A stretch of DNA of 64,000 bases from Phoronis australis (lineage: Eukaryota > Animalia > Phoronida): NCBI GenBank assembly GCA_002633005.1, contig NMRA01000017.1:1568944-1632943 (forward strand). The letters run 5' to 3'. Positions 37,001 through 49,000 of this stretch are shown one piece after another; the first letter of the stretch is position 1; every line of letters begins with the position of its first letter. The translations under genes were made by a program, and so were the position numbers. Under the pieces are notes generated by a model. It was not told where the DNA came from. It did no database searches and saw only the letters and a program-made list of their open reading frames with translations.

Positions 37001-40000
37001 TAAGATTCATAATAAAAGTATTTTGAATATTGCAATGCATGTGTTCCAAAATCTAAATAACTTGGGTCCTATATTTTTGTATTAGTGCGCGCCGAATGAA
37101 AGTAATCGTGAGTGTTGCTGTGTTGCAAAATCTCTTATCCTGGGCCGATTTGAAAAATTCAAAGTTGTACTCATATTTGTTTTCGCTCCTCTTTTCAAAT
37201 ATTACAGTAAAAACTACGTAAAACTCTCACCATAAAAAGTACAGTCTGCTAGCTAGATTGTAATCAGCTGATCATATCCGCATGAGCGAAGCCAATTATC
37301 CTCGCTCGTGACTCGATGACTAGAGCAGCCTGGCGGCATCCCTTTGATCGTGAGCCGAGTGCGACTCAGCCAAGGTGGATAAATACGGTCTAGTTCAATT
37401 TTCCATACCCCGCCGTTTACCTTAACCACTGGGGTTAGAACCAATTTTATTTAGTGGGAATGTTCATAGCATGGTGATAGAAACCAACAATTCAAACCAA
37501 TAGCTCACCAGAGAGAAAGAAGCAGCTTTCTTCAATTTTCTGCTTGGCACCAATCAGCATTGAGACAGACATCTTTATGCTGGAATTGTCAAAATTTGCA
37601 TTAAAAGCTTTGTGGTTAGATAATTTCCTCAACTTATGAAACATGTACTGACCACTGGAGTCTATAACACAGTCTGTACAAAAACTACTACTTGTAAGCG
37701 AATGATGAATACTTGGAGATAACTAGCATTTATTACTTTTTCAAGAGGACACTGTAATAAGTACTCACTCATGAAATACTTCAATGCATCAGGCAGGTTG
37801 AAACTAAGCTTCCAACAGTGTTGTACGACTGAATGATGTTGCTTCCACACTTGGAGCAGTACAATAATGTCTAATCCAGACATCAATTCTACTTAACAGA
37901 AAAACAAGCAATTTATTGTCAGTTTTCAAATGACCCAACATACTTCATGATTGCTCGAAGAACCGATGAGATCGCCGCCATAGGGTTCTTGAACATCTGT
38001 TTAACAGCACCAACAACTGAATTGATGGCATCAATCACACGCCTGATGACAAAGGGTAGCGTCACTGTAATGGTATCCACTACACTCTACAATGGAGGAT
38101 TCATCAAATATAGATTCTGGGAGACAAGTATCAGTGCTCACAATGAATTAAAACTATAATCAAGCAGTATCCAAAACCACCATGTGGAGAATTTCTGGCT
38201 TACACTGGTCACAGCTCAAATTCCCTTAGCCCCAGATAACATTTAGGATGCCTATTCAGCTTGTCCTTTGTCTTGATGTAGGTCTGAGCTAATGAAGTGG
38301 AAAGGTAATAGCTCTAGCACTACTGTCTCAACAATGATGGTTGTTATTACACCCAAACTGGTTTTATCTGACATTTGCACACAGTTATAACCTGCAACTG
38401 TGAAGAATAGCTTCAGCTTTGGCCATTTTAAATATTACACAATGACTACAAAGTTAGTTTGTGTTTATCTTCACAGAAAGACACTTCCCAAAGGAACGAT
38501 GAATTTAAAAATGTTTCGTATCGGTTTTCGTTATTTCATTTTTAATATTCCTGTCTACTTGTTTTTTCTTACCGGGAATGGGTTGATATTTTTATATTTT
38601 ATTTTTAAACTTGAAGCATCAGAACAGTGGTTTATTTTGATCGCCAGCAAAACTTACTTAGTTTTAATTGTGAACCCGGCCTCAACTTTCCAGATAACAC
38701 CTACACTAAAAATTTTATAACAAACGTATCATTAGTTCACGTTTAATCTTTATTTATTTAGAACTCAAATTATAACAATTTACGAAAGTGCATATATGGT
38801 GATGGCCAAACTGAACATTAGGCATCTCTGGATCATTTCGGTTGCACAGACTACTAGCTTTTTGTCAGTCATGAAAATGAAGCGTGGAGACAAGCTAAGG
38901 ACAACTCTTCCCTAGTCAAACATCTGGTTAAACAAGATTTAAAGAATATTAAAAGAATAACCCATGCAAAATCCCCCCAATATATGTACGCATGGTTGTT
39001 TATCTTCAATCTTATCCAATGTTTGTAGTTTTTAGCTTACTAGTTCATCTTCTTAAAAATTGAAAACCATACGTGGTCGTTTCTTCCAGCTGGTGTTTGT
39101 TTTAACGAAAATTATTGGTTAATGCATTTTGAAAATTGGCCATTTTGTACAGGCAGAAATGTTTCCAACAGTTTATGGTCAGGTAATTACACTTAATTGG
39201 GTCTTGCTCAATGCGGTCATCAAAACTGTATCCGACTCCGGCGCCATGCTCTCTTTGATCCTGGTAAAAGCCACTCAGAAGAACGAGTGGTGAAATTCAC
39301 ACATGTTTAGAAATGCATGTCTTCCTTGTAAGGGTATTATTCACGGTAAGACTGCCAATACACCAGTGCCCGGTTGCATGAAACAGTCCAAAATAGCTAG
39401 GGACTCCGGCACACTAATTTCCCTAAATCTACTGTGCATTTTCGGACTTGTGAAAATATCGATTGCCCTTTCTTGTTTGTTTTAGTTTCATTACTAAGTC
39501 AACTTTTGACTTTGATACAAATCGAAAGTAAACTTTACGTTGGATAGTCAATATCAGCAAAAATAATTAGGGATTTTTTCATGCACCACCCTCAATTTAA
39601 GGACTGAGTCTCTATTTATTTTCAATGAATTCTGGGCTCAGTTTTTAGTTATATTATAAGAAAATGCCATCAATCAAAGAGGAGTTCATAATCAAGATGA
39701 AATGATAGAAAAATATTGCATCTGTGAGTACATTAAAACACAAATACGCAAAAAGAGTTAGGAACCTTAGTTGCGTTCCTATTTGGGACTGTTTCATGCA
39801 AGTGGCCACTGGGCTCCCATGACCACCAGACTTTACTCAGTCCCTTTTATTACTCGAAACTCAAATACTCAGACTGGCTAATTTCTCATGTTTTTGACAC
39901 CACCAAATCATACCTAACCAAAAGAGCTTGAAATATAAGTAGTTCTCATTTTTCCAATATTTCTCCAGTAAAATTTGTCAAATGGTTAAGATGGTGTGAA

Positions 40001-43000
40001 ATAGTCGAAAATTCAGCACACAATTGCTTACACCTAAATTATTGATTTCCTTCATGTAAACAGTCATGATTGCACTTAACTTTCTCAAAAAGCTGAGATT
40101 TCATTTAAAGTCACCAAGAAATACGACAAAGGTAACCCAAATGACTCGGAGAACTTTGTGGGTTAACGGTGTTTTATGTTCCTCAACCGATCATTCAGGC
40201 CATTGGCAAGAAAAAATAGGTACACGACACTAGTTTGATAGAGTTGCCTGGCCTTTTCAATAAATGGAAGTATCATATCAATAGTAGATGATCTCTTTCT
40301 CTTGATGACAGATCTAATTGTAATCATACCAAAGAACATTGTGAGACTGTAAGAGTGTTAATCAGGACATTTCCCACATAGAGAGAAGAAATGGTCTGTA
40401 AGAGCCGACACACCCTGTTACATGTTTAGTATTCTTTGATTTTCGTTCGCCATCTGTTGGTGGTTTTTGAGTTGGTGATGAGGCTTCTATCACGTCTCTT
40501 TTGCCACACGACTTGTCTATATTCTTCAATTTTAGTATTTTGCATATGACTGTACGAATACTTGACTGACCATGGTTTCTAGGTGCACCGCGCCAATTTG
40601 GTTCATTTTCACTCCAATGCCTTTACTGATAAGTTTAGCTACAGTTTTGTCGTGATTTTTGCTAAAACTTTGTGTTAGCATATTGCAGTTAGTTCTATTA
40701 TTGTGTCAGAACTTCCAACGTTGTAATGCGTTTTCTAAGTACCTGTTTTTATATTACCGTAGACACAAGTAGCTCGACATGACTAAGTACATACAAGGCA
40801 GTGTGAAATTTTAGTATTTGTAAATTTATGACTAACGCATTGTTCCACTGCCTCATAGAACGTTTTTTTGTATGTTACAGTTGAACCGAGCCACTAACTA
40901 TGAAATAACGTTTACCTCAATTCAAGCTCGCATTCATTCATGTGACCACTATGATTCATTTATTCCATTACTGAAGATAATAATGATAATCAAGAGCTTT
41001 CCAAGGTAAAATAAGTATTTAAAAACATGCATTAGGAAATCACTAACAAAAATATTACTTCTAGTTACATATTGGAAAGTGCTTACATTGTAGAAATTCA
41101 ATATATCACTCTGCACATCTTCAATGAAGTATCTGACACGGAAGATGACCTTCTTGATAGCCTTAATCCAGGGAAGGCCATCATAGTCGCTGACCTTCTC
41201 GATGAATTCTATGACATTGTTAACAAGCTGCTGGATCCTGTTTGGGAAGTCTCTGACAATGTTGACAAGATCGTTTATTATTCCCTTTATTCCCTTTTCT
41301 GAAACAAAAGCACCAAAAACATCATAGTTCCAGATGGCCAATTGTTGTCAGAACTTGCTGGATATCAAAAACGTTCTCCATGCAAAAAATGAGTACAACA
41401 TTTTTATCAGGTGTCCCAAAAAAGTGAGTCGCTTTTTGGCAAGTAATTTCTCAGCAATTGACCAAGCGAATTCATTCAAATCTTTCACAATGTATCTTCA
41501 GGATGTTATCAACAAGTCTACAAAGAATCTCAGAGAAATATAAAAATTATGAAAGTACTGTGAAATTCAAAACAGCCAGGGGAAAAATGCAATATCACAA
41601 TGACTTCCATTGTGTTCAAGCTGTGCTGGCATCTGTCAGTCAAAAATTGCCTGCCTGGTTCTCAAGTCAACTGTTTTTTATTGTCAGATTTGTATCAAAA
41701 TCAGTTCTGTCCAATATTCCAGTATGTAGGGATGCCTTTGAGTGAAAGTGATCACTTTACAATTGAAACCTGTTTCAAGAAGAAAGGGTGGAGCAGAAGA
41801 ATTGAAAGAAAGTTCCCAGGAAAAGGGTGGAGTTGTGTGACTGTAAACTGACTTGCTGCTAAAATATGCAACACAGGGTCTGTTGCGCGTAAAAGCGGCA
41901 GTGGGAGATCCATGACTGCATGTTCAAAAGAAAACGACGATTGTGTTGAGGAACTGATTCAATCCCAGGAGGACAACCCAGGGAATTTATGAGAGAAGTC
42001 ACAACCGGTTTACAAGTGAGCAAGTCTTCTGTGCAAAGAAGAAAACTGGAGTTAAAATCCTTGAAAAGCATGTGGGTATCACGGAGACATCAAAATGTTA
42101 AAAGGAAAAAACTCGATGCCGCTACCTGCATGACCACTATTCGGCCACTATGAAAAGAATCATTTTAATTGACGAAAAAGATTTTACGCCTAGAAATCGT
42201 TAAAAATCACCAAAACGATCGTGTATATGGGAAACAAACACGAGAAATTCAACCTTCTCGACTGCTTGATAATGAGACTTCCAGATTTTCCAAAAAGGTA
42301 ATGGTTTCCGCTGGAGTACCTTGGGAAGGAAAAACATTAAATATTCATTTTATTGACACTGATAGAGCCAAAAAGTTAACAGTCAATGCTATACACAGTT
42401 ACTGGATGACAATCTTCTCCCGGATTGCAGGCGACTTTATCCTGGAAAAGATTACGTGTTTCAGCAAGAAGGGGCTCCTTGACACATGAGCAAGATAACC
42501 CAGGCTCATCTGGAGGAGGCAACACCAAAATTCAACACCAAGAGCAACGTGGAGCGTTGAAATGCGCCCACGAATGCATCGCAAATGGTGAGCTTTTGGG
42601 GTTTATTTACTGTAAATGTTCAGGTTAACGCCCATTCTCAGTTAGCCCCCCCCACCCCTACTTTAGGTGGATTTTCGATTTAACCACCCACTGCTCGGTT
42701 AACTACCCATCTGCGAGTTTTGAAGATTTCCAGTTAAGCGCCCACCTCTCGGTTAATAGCGTCCGTCCCCGATTTTTAAAGATTGAAGATTTAGCGCCCA
42801 GTGCTATACAAACGCGCGATTCCCCGACTTTTAGATCGATGATCACAACTAGAGTGCAACGATGGCCTCCGAGCCGGCGGGTTGGCAATGTGAATTATAA
42901 TACAAGTAACGAATTCTTGTCTCGGGTCATGGATTTACTTCAAAAGATAATACTTGAACGTTTTGTCACTTTATTTTCTTCCCATGTTCAAAAATTTTAA

Positions 43001-46000
43001 GAACCCCGCCGGCTTCAATGCCTCCGCTTTTAGCGATGCGGTCTGCCACACTGAGTTTCTGTTTGCAGTGCAATACATAAAACATATATTCAAAAAAAAA
43101 TCAAGCCAGAGAAATGTGACAGTGGTTTTTCCAACCCTTCCAACTCGCTTTTGGTAGGAAGCTCTCATATTTTGAAGAATTTCCATAACTCATGGAAAGA
43201 TGTCAAATTCTCCCTATTTTGATGATTGTAATTGCCAGGTTGTCGAGGATGTGTAGCGATCGAACGGACAGTGCACCTCGTTGGCCCATTTGCTGTCTCT
43301 CGATTTCTGAATTCAAAGGTTGGTAATACGTTACTGGATGTTTGTGTATCATCTTGAAGAAATAATAAACTGCAAGTCAAATTTTGTTTTTCGCTTATTG
43401 CATCTCAGACAAGTTGGCGTTAGCAGATTCCGCCAAAGTCACTGGCGGTTCTTTATAGTAAGATTTTTTGCGACAGGCGTAACTGTGAATTATCGTATCC
43501 ACCTAGCCTCTTAGCTTCCCAAATACTTTTGTCTCTACATTGGGCAGTTTCAGCCTGAACAAAATTCTTACCATTCGAGTCTGAGACATCTACGGCGTAA
43601 CTGATTGAAAATTGGTGGCAGTGGTAATGACGTGCACGCAGCTAGCCACGGGCATGGAACATCCTGTCCAGGGATCATCGAGCCGGGAAATATTGGAACA
43701 GACTGGACATCATAGTTTTGGGTCATTGGAACGGAGGAATATCGTAAGACACTGTTTTTTTTTGTAACAACAGCTTAAAAGTACAGAGTCGCGCCGGTGT
43801 ACTCCTTTATGTAGGGCTGTCGCTGTTCTCTTTTGATGTGCGATCTCTGAAGTGGTGCACATGTGTAAGTTCCCACACTCTGGAGTACATGTTACCTTGA
43901 CAACAACATATGTGATTGACAGGTGACTCAAACGTATGTGCGTGCTGAATCCAGTCGCTGTCTTTTGTCATATAAAACAAGACCCATATTGAAAGGGATT
44001 GTTAAATTACTTGATGGCATTTCCAAGCCTAGTGACGGCACATTGTGCGCAAACAGCGGAACCGACCAGTGCTGCAGTGCAATATTGCCGTAGGTGATAT
44101 AATAGGATAATCTGTACATATTGCGTGTAAAATAAATGTGTTTTTCAAGTTGCTTTATGTTTGCCAGGTAGGCCTATCTATTTTAGCCCCCCCCCCCCCG
44201 CAGTGGCAGGTACAAGTCATCTATAATCTCAGCTCACGTTTCCAAATTTCAGGTCTCCAATGCGGCCTGCAGTTCGTTATGCTGAGCGCGGAGTCTCGGT
44301 TGCAAAACACTGACTCGGAAAGGACGCGTTGCTGGTTGAAGCTCTTCACTAATTTAGTCGTATACCTGCGTATACCTTGGATGCCAGTTATCCGAAGAAT
44401 TGGGGCTACATCTACGAATTGTTTTTTACCGACGCAGATACGTGTACGAACTGGTAATTTTTTCCTCGGACTCTACTGTACGTGCTCAATAGACTCATCC
44501 CCATTCATAGTGTTAGGAATTTTAAAATAAAATCTTAAGCAAATGCTTGTTTTTAAGTAATGCCTTTGCGGTAACTTTTGATTGACGACTGGCTCATGTC
44601 CACTTAGCCCCGATTCTCATCTTTTTTGCGTGGCGTGTTTCACGCAATTGGAAGTGGGCAACGCCAGGCGGTCGAGATAAAACAGCTAGCCGTAGAACCG
44701 TACGTTGAAAATGAGTCACGGAGTCTAATCTAATCTAAATCTCCAACATAAACATCCCAAACACAAAAAACACCTGAATTTGCTTTTTAAACTTTTATTA
44801 CATCAACAATTTTAAAACTGGTCTTTGACTCGAAACTTGACAGCTAGGACCATAAATTTGATGCCTGCTGTGATACCTGCAACACATGAAACTCGCATGC
44901 GCACACTTCTAAAGTGTCATCGCGTGAGACTAGTTGCAATCCAAGTTATTGTTACTGGTCGTCTGCGCACTACAGCTCTAATAAGGTCGCAGGATGGCAC
45001 AGGGCTATTACTCACCAATTTTGTAAATTTAATTGTGATTGACTAATCTGCGGGCAACGGAACATTTCTTGGGATCGTCCGCTGTTATGACAATTTTAGC
45101 GATATTTGGCGACTTGACGATAAAGCTCTTTGAAAAGTTTTACGCATTCCCAGTACGTGTGTCATGTGGTACTCTGATCATGAGGTAAGATTAACCCCCT
45201 AGGGCGGTTGTCTGTCGTAATAAGCGCCCATGTTCCGTTAACCGCCCACCCTGGATTTCTTGAAAGTTCACGTACAATCCATCCAAAAACCGGAACATGC
45301 CATATTTCATAAAAATCTGTCAAGGAACTTCAGAGAAACAAAGGAAAATAGAACAAGAGCAACGCGGAGCGTTGAAATGCGCCCACAATTGCACCGCATA
45401 CGGTATCCTTCTAGGGTTGTTTATTGGTACCATAAAGTGGCCAGTAGAGGGCATACTTTGCAAAATGGAAAGGCATGGTCATTGTCTCCTCAATGGGCTA
45501 GGGGCAAAATGTGAGTAATCTTCATAATACAAGCACATCCTATACCTCAGTTGCTTAAAACACCACAGAAACATAGAATTAAAAACAAATTTACCAACAT
45601 ACGAGATTAGCACAGCATTAGAATGCCAGAAACAAATTTCTACTTGGAACTTTTCCTTCACAGTCACGAAGTAACACAAAGTATACACCTGAAGACCTAT
45701 GAAAATACAGAGGTCAATGTAAAATACTAAAATTGCNNNNNNNNNNNNNNNNNNNNNNNNNNNNNNNNNNNNNNNNNNNNNNNNNNNNNNNNNNNNNNNN
45801 NNNNNNNNNNNNNNNNNNNNNNNNNNNNNNNNNNNNNNNNNNNNNNNNNNNNNNNNNNNNNNNNNNNNNNNNNNNNNNNNNNNNNNNNNNNNNNNNNNNN
45901 NNNNNNNNNNNNNNNNNNNNNNNNNNNNNNNNNNNNNNNNNNNNNNNNNNNNNNNNNNNNNNNNNNNNNNNNNNNNNNNNNNNNNNNNNNNNNNNNNNNN

Positions 46001-49000
46001 NNNNNNNNNNNNNNNNNNNNNNNNNNNNNNNNNNNNNNNNNNNNNNNNNNNNNNNNNNNNNNNNNNNNNNNNNNNNNNNNNNNNNNNNNNNNNNNNNNNN
46101 NNNNNNNNNNNNNNNNNNNNNNNNNNNNNNNNNNNNNNNNNNNNNNNNNNNNNNNNNNNNNNNNNNNNNNNNNNNNNNNNNNNNNNNNNNNNNNNNNNNN
46201 NNNNNNNNNNNNNNNNNNNNNNNNNNNNNNNNNNNNNNNNNNNNNNNNNNNNNNNNNNNNNNNNNNNNNNNNNNNNNNNNNNNNNNNNNNNNNNNNNNNN
46301 NNNNNNNNNNNNNNNNNNNNNNNNNNNNNNNNNNNNNNNNNNNNNNNNNNNNNNNNNNNNNNNNNNNNNNNNNNNNNNNNNNNNNNNNNNNNNNNNNNNN
46401 NNNNNNNNNNNNNNNNNNNNNNNNNNNNNNNNNNNNNNNNNNNNNNNNNNNNNNNNNNNNNNNNNNNNNNNNNNNNNNNNNNNNNNNNNNNNNNNNNNNN
46501 NNNNNNNNNNNNNNNNNNNNNNNNNNNNNNNNNNNNNNNNNNNNNNNNNNNNNNNACTATTAGGTGCCTACATACCAAATTTCATGAAAATCCGTTCAGG
46601 ACTTTTGAAGATACAAAGGTAAGCGTAAAAAACTAAAATTGCCACTAGGGGGCACACCGGTAGTCGGATCCGTCCGAAAATTCGCACATGCCGTCCCATT
46701 CATGAATGGAACATATGTGTCAAATTTCATGAACGTATGTCAAAGGGTTTTGGAGACGCCGGACGCCGGACGGACGGACGGACAGACGGACAGAGATGAC
46801 GGCATAATGCGTCCACATCTAAATATGTGGGCGCATAACAAAATGAAATTGCCACTTGTGGGCACAGCACCCCCCTGAAAGTGGTCGTCTGTTATCTTCA
46901 TATAACTTCACTTACCACTGCAGTGGGTTTTGGAGCTATGGGCATAAAACAAAACTACCACTAGGAGGCGCCACAATAGTCAGTCGCCATAATCAAATGT
47001 CCTCTTCACACTGAAAATATACACACCAATTTTCAAAACCATCCCTAGAATGATTTGGCTGATCGAGTTGTGGACGCCAAAAACAAGATTTGAAAACAGC
47101 AAGAAATGGCCACCAGGTGTTGCAAAATACCTCGATTCCATCAAAAACATGAAGACAGCTTAATCTCACCAATGGATGCCTATATTCAAAATTTTATGAA
47201 AATCTGTTAAGGACCTTTGAAGATACAGACTGGTAAACGTAAACAAAATCTAAAATTGCCACTAGGGGGCACACCACTAGTCAGATCCGTCGTCGTCGTT
47301 CATTGTCAACATCATTTAAATACACTTGCTAAATTAAGTAAAGATCCTGCAAACGGCATGATACATCCATAAGCGCAAAAAAAACTGCCACTAGGAGGCG
47401 CCACAGTAGTCGAACTCGTCAGAAAATCGGAAAATCGCAATCAGCCGTCCACTTCATAGTAAAACATACATGCAAATTATTCACAATTATCCTAAAAGCG
47501 GTTTAGTTGATAGACGAGTGGACGCCAAAAAACAGACTCGAAAACAGTAAAAATGGCCACTAGGTGGTGCAAACTAGGTTGAAAGATAGAGTCATCTCAT
47601 TAGATGCCTGTATGCCATATTTTATGCAAATACATTGAGCACCTTTGAACATACAGAGGTAAACGTAAAAAAGAACAAAATTGCCACTAGGTGACACACC
47701 AGTAGTCAGATCCGTCTGAAAGTGGTCGTCCTCCGATATTAGCATCATATAAATACACTTACTGAATTTAGGAAAGATCCTGCGAACGGTTTAAGGGATA
47801 CAGCCAGAGGCGCAAAAAAACAAAACAGCCACTAGGAGGCGCCATAGTAGTCAAAGCCGTCGAAAAATCATTGTCAGCCGTCCATTTCATAGTAAGAACA
47901 TACGGTCGTATATGCCAATTTTCACAATCATCCTCTGAGCGGTTTGGTTGACAGAGGGGTGCACGCAAAAAAAATTGAAAACAGTAAAAATGGCCACTAG
48001 GTGGCGCAGACTACGTAAAATCCATCTGAAAACGGGAGGATAGCGTCATCTCACTAATAGGTGCCTATATATCAAATTTTATGAAAATCCCTTTCAGGAC
48101 TTTTAAAGATACAGAGGTTAACGTAAACAACTAAAATTGCCAGTAGGGGGCACACCGGAAGTCGAATCCATCCGAAAGTTCGCTCATGCCGTCCCATCTA
48201 CAGAACGAACACATGTACAAAATTTCATGAACATACGTCAAGGCGTTTTGGAGATAGAGCAGTGGACGCCGGACAGACGGATGAACATGACGGCATAATG
48301 CGTCTCCATATAAATGTGGGTGCATAAAAAGGATGAGTGGCCTCCACTCAGCCCTGACTGCAATCCAATGGACTATGCCACATGGGACTCTCTGCAGGAA
48401 AAAGTTTTCAGGGAAATGAGAGGCAAAAATTTACTGTCAAAAGAAAAGATAATTATGTTATGGGAAGAAATCTCAATGGAAGAAATCCAGAAAAGCATTA
48501 ATATTCTAGTTAAAAGAAACGGCTCCGTTTATTCGCGAAGGACTACAGAAACCACATTGAGCATAGACTGAAATAAGCGAGCTTCCCTGATATTTATTTT
48601 TTGACCTGGGCCCGGTCTCTAATCTTTGTACTCGAAAGGAACTCGAAACTATTTTTGGCAATTTCTCTGCTCCTTTTGTGCGAAATTAAGATAATTGGTT
48701 ATCAGACTGTGCTCGAATACATTATAGTTTATGCATAGGAGTTTCTAGTTCAAGTTTTCCCTTGAAGACCCTTATATTCGTGCTACAAACTCGAGTAAAA
48801 GCTCGAAATTTCGAGTTCAAACTCGAACTTATTGCTTTAATATTGGGTTTACAAACTGTGAACTAAGGGCAATAAATTATCTACGTAAGTTATTGTGTAC
48901 TCGAGCATAGAATAATAGACACTTATCTTGAGTTCGCCCAAAAGTAGAGTAGAAAATGACAAACCTAATTTCGAGTTCCATTTCGAGCAAAAAGATTGGA

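Noticed and set aside
37662-37886. Candidate exon with a gtgagt donor near 37768
   Set aside because: No acceptor gives a stop-free frame compatible with exon 7. The exon at 37509-37579 bridges the phases instead.
45727-46578. Long ORFs of X residues (also 55361-55963)
   Set aside because: Artefacts of translating N gaps.
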